Source: Candidatus Altimarinota bacterium (GTDB lineage: Bacteria; Patescibacteriota; Gracilibacteria; UBA1369). From it: a stretch of 32,000 bases of DNA. Location: NCBI GenBank assembly GCA_041659405.1, contig JBAZYK010000003.1:1-32000 (forward strand), given 5' to 3'. Shown piece after piece: positions 17,286 through 25,941 of this stretch; the stretch's first letter is position 1, and every line of letters begins with the position of its first letter. The notes below the pieces were generated by a model, which was not told where the DNA came from, searched no databases, and saw only the letters and a list, made by a program, of their open reading frames with translations. Made by a program: the position numbers and the translations under genes.

Positions 17286-17389
17286 AAAAACTATAAAAAA
17301 ACAAAAAAATCCTTGCACTTTATACTAAAATTTGATAAAAACAGAGTTACGGAAAAAGAATTTTATTTCTTATCTTTTCCACACTAGAA

Positions 17390-18775
17390 TTGAAAAAAAC
17401 TAAGCGGCCCCCCGCGAAAAATTACAAGAAAATTTGGAAACTGGGACAGAAAGAATTCAACACTGAATACTTTGATATCAACAAAGACGGAGAATTGGTG
17501 ATACATGAAGGAAATTACCAGTACAACGTTTACGATCTGGCACGTAAATTTGGCTCTTCCGTAGAAATTTTCATGCCTTTTATTATTGAAGAAAGACTTA
17601 GTCACATTTATAAAGTGGCTAATTTTAATATCAAAAGAGTCGGCTATAAAGGAAAATTCACTTACCACTTTCCAATTAAGGTAAACCAAAACAAAGAAGC
17701 CATGTTGGCTCTTCTTTCCGAAGGTGCGCATCTGGAAGCATCTTCCGCCAACCATCTTTGGATTGTGAAAAAACTTTGGATGAACGAAAACTTTAATTCC
17801 AAATTACGTGTTGTCTGCAATGGCGCAAAAACTCCCGAATACATGAATTTAATCAAAGAACTTAAAAGCCTTGGTCTTGGCATTATTCCGATCATCGAAA
17901 GTCTGGAAGAAATGAAAAACATCAAGGGTTTTACCGGAGACACAGGCATCCGCATCAATTTAAAGACCCGCGTAAAATCACACTGGGACAAAAAAATAGA
18001 CCAATTCGGGCTGAATCTTGATGAGATTTTGTCTTTGGGAAGAATCCGCAATTTAAAACTTCTGCATTATCATCTTGGAACCCAAATTGAAGTTGAAAAC
18101 GACATTCTTAAAGCCCTGCGTGAAGGTTTTGATGCCTACGTAAAAATCCGTGAAAAAAATCCTTCACTGGACACCCTGAATATTGGCGGCGGTTTTGCGA
18201 TTCCTCATGAAAAGAAAAAACTTTACAGCGTTGAATCCGTGCTCGCGCGTGTTTTCAAAAACCTGAAAGTCTGGTCGGAAAAAGCCGGAATTCCTCATCC
18301 AAATATCATTGTTGAATGGGGACAATATGTTACCGGCCCGGCTCAATTATCCGTTTACAAAATAGTTGCCTCCAAAGAAATCCCCAAAGGTGTGGCCAAA
18401 GAATGGTATCTGATTGATGGCAGCTTTATGAATGATCTTTTGGACACCTGGTCAATTCACCAAAAATGGCATGTCGTACCTGTTAATCACATGGATGCCA
18501 AAGCCAGAAAACGCGTTTGGCTGGCAGGTATCAGTTGCGATTCCGACGACAAATACACCGGAAACGATTATTTGCTGCTCCCCCGTTTGGAAGATTTTGA
18601 AGAAAATGAAAATGCTTATTTGGGAGTTCTGGATACCGGCGCTTACCAGGACAGTTTTACTTCACATCACTGCTTTCTTTCTTCACCAACCAAGGTCGTT
18701 CTGCAAAACGGAATTGTAACCGTTGCCAGAAAACGCGAATCCCCGGAAGACGTTGGCAAATTATTTGGCTGGTAA
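17390..18775 (+). CDS. Arginine decarboxylase-like (SpeA-type, PLP fold III) enzyme, short form; TTG start
   Basis: YHFPIKVNQNKEAMLALL (PLP lysine motif), GAHLEASSANHL, LLHYHLGTQI, TLNIGGGFAIP, IIVEWGQYVTGPAQ, GISCDSDD; adjacent to aguA/aguB. Confidence 0.85.
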   Translation: MKKTKRPPAKNYKKIWKLGQKEFNTEYFDINKDGELVIHEGNYQYNVYDLARKFGSSVEIFMPFIIEERLSHIYKVANFNIKRVGYKGKFTYHFPIKVNQNKEAMLALLSEGAHLEASSANHLWIVKKLWMNENFNSKLRVVCNGAKTPEYMNLIKELKSLGLGIIPIIESLEEMKNIKGFTGDTGIRINLKTRVKSHWDKKIDQFGLNLDEILSLGRIRNLKLLHYHLGTQIEVENDILKALREGFDAYVKIREKNPSLDTLNIGGGFAIPHEKKKLYSVESVLARVFKNLKVWSEKAGIPHPNIIVEWGQYVTGPAQLSVYKIVASKEIPKGVAKEWYLIDGSFMNDLLDTWSIHQKWHVVPVNHMDAKARKRVWLAGISCDSDDKYTGNDYLLLPRLEDFEENENAYLGVLDTGAYQDSFTSHHCFLSSPTKVVLQNGIVTVARKRESPEDVGKLFGW

Positions 18776-18849
18776 GAGGCTTATCAAAAAGCAAAAAAGG
18801 CCTTCCCAAAATTAGGCAAATTGACATTCAAATCTTTATAATGCTAAAT

Positions 18850-18881
18850 GGAGGTAGTACTTTCTGATCCCCGCAGAAAGC
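18850..18881 (+). promoter_or_regulatory. Strong SD (GGAGG) followed by an inverted repeat directly before the TrmB-family start codon
   Basis: GGAGG at 18850-18854; CTTTCTG-ATCCCCG-CAGAAAG at 18860-18880; ATG at 18882. Confidence 0.55.
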
Positions 18882-19742
18882 ATGAAACAACTCGTCCAAA
18901 CGCTTCAGGAATTTGGTTTAAACCAAAAAGAAGCAGAGACATACTGCGTGCTTTTGAGTATCGGCACAAATGCCGCCAGTACGATTGCCAGAAAAGCCGC
19001 GATTAATCGTAGCAGCTGCTATAACAACCTCGAGAAACTGATTCACAAAGGCTTTGTTCAACAAATCATCAAATCCAATGTGAACTATTTTTCGGCAATC
19101 GAGCCGAATCTGATTATGGAAAAAATGAAGGGCAAACAATATGATCTCCAAAGCAAAATAGATCATCTGGGGCTTTTAATGCACGATTTTGAGAATATTA
19201 GAAATATCAATACCGACAATTCCAAAGTCAATTTTTATCAGGGAACGGAAGGCATTTTAAACATTATGGAAGATACCTTAACTTCACGTGAATTTTTAAG
19301 AGCCTACGCCACTTTGGAAGAACTTAAGGGAATTTCACCAAATTATTTTACCAAATATTATCAAAGAAGAGTGGAAAAAGGTATCAGCGTTAAATCGGTC
19401 TATCCCGGCACTTTTGAAGCCTACTACCACAAATTAAGAGACAAGAGTGAAATGCGCGAAAGCCGCCTGGTTCCTCTTGAATATGATTTTCATCTGGATA
19501 TTTTAATTTATGATAACAAGGTCGCCATCACTTCACTTACGGAAAAATTTGGCATTCTAATCGAGAATCAAAAAATTGCCGATGCTCAAAAAAAGATTTT
19601 TGACCTGATGTGGAAATCCAGCAAAAAATATGATCTAAAAATCACCAGACGCATTAAAAAACTTCTATCAAAAAGGCCCCATTCAAGTCTGAAGGGGGCC
19701 TTAAAGTCAAAACCAATCTCTGTTAAAAAGGAAACTATTTAA
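18882..19742 (+). CDS. TrmB-family transcriptional regulator
   Basis: LQEFGLNQKEAETYCVLLSIGTNAASTIARKAAINRSSCYNNLEKLIHKGFVQQI (N-terminal winged HTH) followed by a C-terminal effector-like domain YQGTEGILNIMEDTL... Confidence 0.85.
   Translation: MKQLVQTLQEFGLNQKEAETYCVLLSIGTNAASTIARKAAINRSSCYNNLEKLIHKGFVQQIIKSNVNYFSAIEPNLIMEKMKGKQYDLQSKIDHLGLLMHDFENIRNINTDNSKVNFYQGTEGILNIMEDTLTSREFLRAYATLEELKGISPNYFTKYYQRRVEKGISVKSVYPGTFEAYYHKLRDKSEMRESRLVPLEYDFHLDILIYDNKVAITSLTEKFGILIENQKIADAQKKIFDLMWKSSKKYDLKITRRIKKLLSKRPHSSLKGALKSKPISVKKETI
19666..19702 (-). terminator. Rho-independent terminator for the minus-strand lipoprotein gene, embedded in the TrmB-family CDS
   Basis: Minus strand reads AAGGCCCC-CTTCAGACTTGAAT-GGGGCCTTTTTG; stem arms at + coordinates 19673-19680 and 19695-19702. 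Confidence 0.75.
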
Positions 19743-20784
19743 CTACCGGAGTTTTAACCGGAGTCTTTGCAGGCACAGGCTCTGTTTGTTCAAGGTCGGT
19801 TTCACTTAAATCCACGGAATCTCCACCACCTACAAAATCCAACAATGAAGTCATTGAAAAGTCTGTAGCATCCGCAGGAACCGCAACTGTAACAGGTTTG
19901 TTGAAATCACCAAGACTAAAATCTACTGTTATCGGGCCACTTGGATCAGTTGCCGCACCAGGCAAAACAAGCTTCACACTAACCCTGTTAAGAGTGGCAC
20001 TTGAATTACCTACCCATAAATCAAAAGAAGTATCTGGAAATTTGCTGAAAGAATCCTGCATGTCCTTATAATCCGCATCAGAAACCGGTGATCCCTGAAT
20101 TGCACTAACCTGTCTTAAAAAGTTCAACAAAGCATCTTTATCCAAAGTTGTAGTATAACGGCTGCTTGCCTCACCTTTAACAGTATCTGTCCCTGCTAAA
20201 ACCGGATTTTTAAAGAAAGCCGTTTGATCAAAAAGTTCTTTCGTCTTCTTTTCTTCAGGTGTCATTTTTGATTGATCCTGCCCACTTACGCTGTTGGAAA
20301 TATTTTTCAAAGTGTCCGCGACGCTCTTCATGGTATCCACCGGCATTGGAAATTTATACCATTTTGCAACATATTGATCTGTCATTGTCTTAGGCAAGAG
20401 AACCTCGCCGGTTGTAGCCAATTTGCTGATCAACGCATAAAGCGTATTTTTATCTAAACGTACTTCAAAAGATCCGGTACCGCCATTTCCATCCTCATCA
20501 AAACCACCATCGCCTTTAAAATTTAAAATAAGATTATTTGGATCTTTACCATCAAACGCAAAAGCTGCATTAAGATTAAAGGCCATTTTTGCAGGTGCCT
20601 GTCCTTCAGGACCCTTTAAATCTGCGGCCACTGTTCCATCAAGACTGTAAGAACTAACTTTAAACAAATTTGTAATTCCATCTTTAATCGCGAGAGCAGG
20701 TGCTTTTTGGTTATTGCAGCCGGCTAGAAAAAGGGACATGGCCAACACGGCAACACCTCCCCACACGAAAAGTCTTTTTTGCAT
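19735..20784 (-). CDS. Hypothetical lipoprotein
   Basis: MQKRLFVWGGVAVLAMSLFLAGCNN: signal peptide with lipobox LAGC; beta-rich remainder resembling LppX/LolA-like folds only loosely. Confidence 0.8.
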   Translation of the reverse strand: MQKRLFVWGGVAVLAMSLFLAGCNNQKAPALAIKDGITNLFKVSSYSLDGTVAADLKGPEGQAPAKMAFNLNAAFAFDGKDPNNLILNFKGDGGFDEDGNGGTGSFEVRLDKNTLYALISKLATTGEVLLPKTMTDQYVAKWYKFPMPVDTMKSVADTLKNISNSVSGQDQSKMTPEEKKTKELFDQTAFFKNPVLAGTDTVKGEASSRYTTTLDKDALLNFLRQVSAIQGSPVSDADYKDMQDSFSKFPDTSFDLWVGNSSATLNRVSVKLVLPGAATDPSGPITVDFSLGDFNKPVTVAVPADATDFSMTSLLDFVGGGDSVDLSETDLEQTEPVPAKTPVKTPVVK

Positions 20785-20819
20785 GTGAAATATTTTTTAA
20801 AAAATAAAAACGCATAAAT

Positions 20820-20847
20820 ACTATAGGCATTGATCTTAAAAAGTCAA
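20820..20847 (-). promoter_or_regulatory. Putative promoter of the lipoprotein gene
   Basis: Minus strand TTGACT, 16-nt spacer, TATAGT. Confidence 0.55.
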
Positions 20848-20937
20848 ACCACAAACTGGATAAAAATTCAAATGAACTTAAACTTGTAATTTAAAACCAA
20901 TTAAGGCATTTTTATAAGCACAAATATCAAAATTTTT

Positions 20938-23493
20938 ATGAAAAAAAGAATTACTGCTTTCCTGGTCGTGCTGGTTTTATCAAATATGCTTACCCCCGGC
21001 CTTTCCAGTGCAAGTATTTTTTCCGATGTACCGAATAACGATCCACATCTGATCGCAATTGAATACCTTAAAGCAAAAGGAATCATCCAAGGATATCCGG
21101 ATGGAACTTTTCAACCCGACCGCGTAGTTTCACGCGTGGAATTTTTAAAACTCGCTTTAGAAACCTATAATATCCAGACTGATGTTACCGCTCCATCGGG
21201 CTTTAAAGATGTCGATGAAAATGCCTGGTATGCGCCTTATGTAAAAAAAGCCAAGCAACAAGGATGGATTCAGGGATACCCGGATGGCACTTTTAAACCG
21301 GCACAGGATGTAAACAAAGTCGAAGGTATCAAAATGCTCGGCAAAATTGCCGGTTGGGCTGTCGCACAAAACATCACCGACGCTGAAAAACCTTTTTTAG
21401 ATACGGCCGCAGATGCCTGGTACACACCTTATATACTCTACGCAAAACAAAAAAACTTTCTGGAAGATCGTGGCCAATATTTTATTCCAAGTGCCAGTTT
21501 ATTCCGCGGACAAGTCAGTGAAATTCTTTTTAGAAATCTGATCACCGATGAAACTAAAAATACCGTTTTCACCGACGACCTTAAAACCTACGCTCTCCAA
21601 CATTTACCTGTTGCGCCTGTAATAACGGAACCTCCGGCACAAACTCCGCCACCAACACAAACTCCGCCGCCAACACAAACCCTACCACCTCCTCCAACTC
21701 CAAATTTTGAAAGCGTCACTTATCAAACCTATCAACCGGGTTTCTTTGATAACATCACCCTAAACGACACTTTCCCCAACGTTTTTTATGTTAACGAGGT
21801 TTATTATTTGGAAGGATCAATTAAGACCGGAACGTATCAAAAAGCCTTTGCCTTCCTTAAAAATTCCGCAGATTCCACCATCCAAAATTTTGCAACCGAC
21901 GTTACCAACAACACTTTCAAAATCCGCGTCATTTTTAAAAATGCCGGAAATTACAGTCTGGGCATTATCCCCGGCGAATCCGGCCAAAGCAAAATAGTAC
22001 CAATATCTGTAGTTGCCGCACTACCAAATCCCGGAGCGCAAACCAACACGCAAACTCCCGCCAATCAAAAAGTTGAATACAAAAATCAACAAACAACTTT
22101 TTCCTGGGATAATGGAACAAACAATTTAAGCGAACTTATAATCAGCCAGGACAACCAGTCCAAAACTTACTTTTTCCGCCAAAACAAAAACAGTTTCAAC
22201 ATTGATTACAATGATTTTAGCAATTTTCATAATGGAACCGTTAATTTCCAGATTAAGACGGCCAAATCAAACCAAATCAAACCGCTTAGTATAGACACTC
22301 CATGGATCACAGGCGCAAATTCAAACTTCACCACAACAACTCATACTTTTAGTGAAATTCACAGTGACCAAATAACCTATAATACACTTCCGGAAACACT
22401 CAACAGCCCGGGATTAATTAGTCTTACCGGAACGGCCAAGACCGACATTTTCCAGGAAGCCGCTGTGACCAAACCAAATGGCCTGGTCGAGATTGTGCCT
22501 TTAATAACCAATCAACCAACAACGGATTATTATGGTTCCAAAATTATAGCTTCCGGAAACAACTACACCTTTAATTATAATGCCACCCAGTCCGGCACTT
22601 ATATTGTGGAAATTAACGGCAAAAATGGCGCCGCAGTCATCAACACACCGGTTTATATCCAACAGGGAATCCCCTTCATTCCGGATTTTTTTGATCTGAT
22701 TAATTCGGAGCAACCACTCACCGATTTCAACTTAAACAATCTTCGCGATCAACTTTTAAATCTGATAAATCAGGAAAGAACAACTGTTGGATTTAAAACA
22801 ATCAATGCCGATACCGACCTTAATACTCTCGCTCAAAATCATGCCAATGATATGGTCGCAAGAAACTTTTTTGGCCACGTTAACCCTGACGGCAAAACGC
22901 CCAATGATCGTCGTCTGGCTTTAAATATTCCAACCGAAGTCGGAGAAAATCTGGCAAAATCCCCAAACTTACTTTATGCACATTATGGCTTAATGAGGAG
23001 CCCCGAACACCGGAAAAACATTCTGGATCAGGACTGGGAAAGAGTCGGCCTTGGCATAGCCAAAGATAGTGACGGCGGAATTTTAGTGGTGGAAGAATTC
23101 TCTAGCTATCCTTTGACCCCGGAAAAACTCGCCACTGTCAAAACCGATCTGCTTACAACAATCAATAACAAACGAGCCGCTGCCGGAACAGGTTTACTCA
23201 CAACTGATGCCACATTGACTTCCGTTGCCGACCAATGGACCAATAACATGATTCAACAAAACTTTTTTGACTTCACGGCTCCGGACGGCAGCTCGTTAAC
23301 TTCCCTGCTTCAAAAATCAGGCATCAGCAAAGCCGTACAAATTCTTATTCTGGAATCAAGCAGTACTCAAAAAATTTCCGACCAACTTTCAGGCGCCACC
23401 GATAGTTCAAATCCAAAATGGAGTACAATCGGCCTTGGATTAAATGTCGACAACACGGGGTTGTTGGTATTAACTGCACTTTATTCAAATTAA
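20938..23493 (+). CDS. Surface protein: three SLH motifs, Pro-rich linker, beta domains, CAP/SCP (YkwD-like) domain, and a degenerate second CAP-like domain
   Basis: Signal peptide; FSDVPNNDPHLIAIEYLKAKGIIQGYPDGTFQPDRVVSRVEFLKL, FKDVDENAWYAPYVKKAKQQGWIQGYPDGTFKP, FLDTAADAWYTPYILYAKQKNFL; LLNLINQERTTVGFKTINADTDLNTLAQNHANDMVARNFFGHVNPDG...VGENLAKSP...SPEHRKNILDQDWERVGLG. Confidence 0.92.
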   Translation: MKKRITAFLVVLVLSNMLTPGLSSASIFSDVPNNDPHLIAIEYLKAKGIIQGYPDGTFQPDRVVSRVEFLKLALETYNIQTDVTAPSGFKDVDENAWYAPYVKKAKQQGWIQGYPDGTFKPAQDVNKVEGIKMLGKIAGWAVAQNITDAEKPFLDTAADAWYTPYILYAKQKNFLEDRGQYFIPSASLFRGQVSEILFRNLITDETKNTVFTDDLKTYALQHLPVAPVITEPPAQTPPPTQTPPPTQTLPPPPTPNFESVTYQTYQPGFFDNITLNDTFPNVFYVNEVYYLEGSIKTGTYQKAFAFLKNSADSTIQNFATDVTNNTFKIRVIFKNAGNYSLGIIPGESGQSKIVPISVVAALPNPGAQTNTQTPANQKVEYKNQQTTFSWDNGTNNLSELIISQDNQSKTYFFRQNKNSFNIDYNDFSNFHNGTVNFQIKTAKSNQIKPLSIDTPWITGANSNFTTTTHTFSEIHSDQITYNTLPETLNSPGLISLTGTAKTDIFQEAAVTKPNGLVEIVPLITNQPTTDYYGSKIIASGNNYTFNYNATQSGTYIVEINGKNGAAVINTPVYIQQGIPFIPDFFDLINSEQPLTDFNLNNLRDQLLNLINQERTTVGFKTINADTDLNTLAQNHANDMVARNFFGHVNPDGKTPNDRRLALNIPTEVGENLAKSPNLLYAHYGLMRSPEHRKNILDQDWERVGLGIAKDSDGGILVVEEFSSYPLTPEKLATVKTDLLTTINNKRAAAGTGLLTTDATLTSVADQWTNNMIQQNFFDFTAPDGSSLTSLLQKSGISKAVQILILESSSTQKISDQLSGATDSSNPKWSTIGLGLNVDNTGLLVLTALYSN
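21643..21678 (+). repeat. Two tandem 18-nt repeat units encoding TPPPTQ
   Basis: ACTCCGCCACCAACACAA followed by ACTCCGCCGCCAACACAA. Confidence 0.85.
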
Positions 23494-23532
23494 AATTAAA
23501 ATTCACTTTTTTTTCTGCCAGAAATCTCTAAA

Positions 23533-25026
23533 ATGGTATGGCTGTTCCAAACAGTTCAAAACACAATATCTAAAAATACAATAATGGATTTTAAACAACA
23601 ACCGGTCAATCAAGAAAAGACTCAAAAAGCGGTAATCGCCGGAGGTCTTATCATTATCGTCGTCCTTTTATATGCAATTTACATTCTGATTAAAAGTCTG
23701 GATTTTTCAGGAATAATTTTCTCTTTTGGTAGAAGTTTAAGAGTTGATGAAAATGGGCACACCAATATTTTGCTTGCGGGTCTTGGCGGTGAAGGCCACG
23801 ATGGCGGTGAATTAACGGATTCAATCATTGTCGCAAGTATCGATTACAATCAAAAAATAGTCCCGATGCTTTCAATCCCGCGTGATCTTTACGTAAAAAG
23901 TCAAAAATTGGATTCCGGCGAACGCATCAATGCGGTTTATTCCACAAGTAAAAAACAATTCAGTTCCAAAGAAGGAATGGAAGAATTAAAACAGGTTGTT
24001 TCAACTGTTACCGGAGTGCCAATTGATTATTATATCAAAATCGATTTTAAAGGTTTCAAAAAAATTATTGATAGTTTGGGAGGAGTGGACGTCATAGTCG
24101 AAAAAGATCTTTATGATCCATATTATCCGCTTGGTGAAACCGTTCAATATCAAACCTTTGCCATTAGTGCCGGCCCACATCATCTTGATGGAGAAACCGC
24201 TCTTAAATTTGCCCGCAGCCGTGAAACAACCAGCGACTTTGACCGTGCCCATCGCCAACAACAAATAATAACGGCAGTGCGTGAAAAAGCCCTTAGCCTT
24301 AACGTTTTAACCGATCCAACCAAAATTAAAGCCATTTATGATTCCGTCAATACAAGCATAGAAACCGATCTTTCCATCAACGAAATAATTGAACTGGCAA
24401 AAACCGCAAAAGATCTCGGCAAAGAAAGTACAATTTCCCGCGTTTTGACCGATAATCCGGTAGCTACGTGCGGCGCGTTACTTTATACTCCGGCAAAAGA
24501 TTTGTTTGGTGGAGCATCTGTGTTGCTTCCTGCGGGAAATACCTATGATTACATTCAACAATTCGCCACAAACTTTTTCAAAGATGGCAAAAAAGCCGAA
24601 GATCAATCGCCAATTCAAGTTCTTAATGGTACAAAAATTCCAAATCTGGCTACCGATGTTTTAAGTTATTTCAATCGCATTTGTTACAACGGAATTTTCT
24701 CGTGGAATGCCACAAACACAAATCTGGCCACGACAACAATTTATTATCAACCGGGCCCAAAAGGCGAAAAACCAGCGGCCCTGGAAGCCGTCACCAAAAT
24801 CTTACCCTACAAAGTCCAAAGTGGAATCCCACCCGAATATTTGGTTAATATTGGCAATGTTGATCGACAAAGCACCCGCATAGCAATTGAACTCGGCGCC
24901 GACTATCTGGATAAAAGAATTAAAGATCCATACAAACTGATTCCTTACGTGGCTCCGGCAAAAACTGACACAAGCGCCACTCAAACCCAAACCCAAACTC
25001 AAACAACTTCAACTCCTAAAAAATAA
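23533..25026 (+). CDS. LytR-CpsA-Psr (LCP) family protein with LytR C-terminal domain; likely start 23584 (MDFKQQP)
   Basis: NILLAGLGGEGHDGGELTDSIIVASIDYNQKIVPMLSIPRDLYV, GVPIDYYIKIDFKGFKKIIDSLGGVDV, LDGETALKFARSRETTSDFDRAHRQQQIITAV; PIQVLNGTKIPNLA C-terminal domain. Confidence 0.93.
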   Translation: MVWLFQTVQNTISKNTIMDFKQQPVNQEKTQKAVIAGGLIIIVVLLYAIYILIKSLDFSGIIFSFGRSLRVDENGHTNILLAGLGGEGHDGGELTDSIIVASIDYNQKIVPMLSIPRDLYVKSQKLDSGERINAVYSTSKKQFSSKEGMEELKQVVSTVTGVPIDYYIKIDFKGFKKIIDSLGGVDVIVEKDLYDPYYPLGETVQYQTFAISAGPHHLDGETALKFARSRETTSDFDRAHRQQQIITAVREKALSLNVLTDPTKIKAIYDSVNTSIETDLSINEIIELAKTAKDLGKESTISRVLTDNPVATCGALLYTPAKDLFGGASVLLPAGNTYDYIQQFATNFFKDGKKAEDQSPIQVLNGTKIPNLATDVLSYFNRICYNGIFSWNATNTNLATTTIYYQPGPKGEKPAALEAVTKILPYKVQSGIPPEYLVNIGNVDRQSTRIAIELGADYLDKRIKDPYKLIPYVAPAKTDTSATQTQTQTQTTSTPKK

Positions 25027-25907
25027 TGCTCACAACTTTACTTAGTTTATTTACGGCCGGAAGTTTACTTATACCCAATTTTTCCGATCCACCAATAAAT
25101 AATTGGCAAAGCAGTTCATTGCTGGAAGTTTCCTCACTGCCAAAAGTAAAAGAAAACAATATCGGACCTGTGATAAAAGCAAAATCAGCCATTGCGGTTG
25201 ATTTAAAAACGGGCCTGGCACTTTACGAAAAAAACATTCACGATCAAAGATCAATCGCCAGCATTACCAAATTAATGACGGTTGTAATTATTTTGGAAGA
25301 AAACAAAATGGATGATGTGGTAACGGTTCCTCAAAAAATCACCACAGTTCAGGGCACAAAAATATGGCTGGCCCCCGGTGAAAAAATTACCGTAGAAAAC
25401 CTGCTTTATGCAGCCTTAATCCCTTCCGCCAATGATGCCGCTTATACTTTGGCAAACTACAACAGCAATGGAAACATTGACGAATTTATAAAAAAGATGA
25501 ACCAGAAAGCCTTGGAACTTGGCCTTTATGATACTCATTTCACCAATCCAATCGGACTGGATGATGAAGGCAATTATTCCAGCGCCTATGATCTTACCTT
25601 GCTCGGCCGCTACGCTTACAGTAAAGCTTTCGTTCGCCAAGCAACGGTTTTAAAAGATCGGGAAATAAGCTCAACCAACGGCAGACTGGTCCACAAACTT
25701 AAAACCACCAATGACCTTTTGAACAGTTATCTTAAAGTTTTAGGTCTTAAAACAGGCACAACCGACCAGGCCGGAGAATGTTTGATCGCCGTCATTGAAA
25801 ATGATAAGGGCCGTGATATTCTAACGGTGACTTTAGGCAGCCCTGACCGCTATAAAGAAACCAAAATTTTAGCCGACTGGGTTTTTAGGAGTTATAACTG
25901 GTATTAA
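25026..25907 (+). CDS. D-alanyl-D-alanine carboxypeptidase (peptidase S11, PBP5/6-like)
   Basis: AKSAIAVDLKTGLALYEKNIHDQRSIASITKLMTVVI (SxxK), PSANDAAY (SxN), GLKTGTTDQAGECLIAV (KTG). Confidence 0.92.
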   Translation: MLTTLLSLFTAGSLLIPNFSDPPINNWQSSSLLEVSSLPKVKENNIGPVIKAKSAIAVDLKTGLALYEKNIHDQRSIASITKLMTVVIILEENKMDDVVTVPQKITTVQGTKIWLAPGEKITVENLLYAALIPSANDAAYTLANYNSNGNIDEFIKKMNQKALELGLYDTHFTNPIGLDDEGNYSSAYDLTLLGRYAYSKAFVRQATVLKDREISSTNGRLVHKLKTTNDLLNSYLKVLGLKTGTTDQAGECLIAVIENDKGRDILTVTLGSPDRYKETKILADWVFRSYNWY

Positions 25908-25941
25908 ACCTAAACCAAAATAATTCCCTTAATTTTAGGCA

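Noticed and set aside
18821-18842. TTGACA...TATAAT upstream of the TrmB-family gene
   Set aside because: The spacer is only 10 nt, which does not fit a sigma70 promoter; the TATAAT alone may still be a -10 element.
21643-21678. Short tandem repeats considered as a CRISPR or minisatellite
   Set aside because: They are in frame and encode a Pro/Thr linker in the SLH protein; no spacers.
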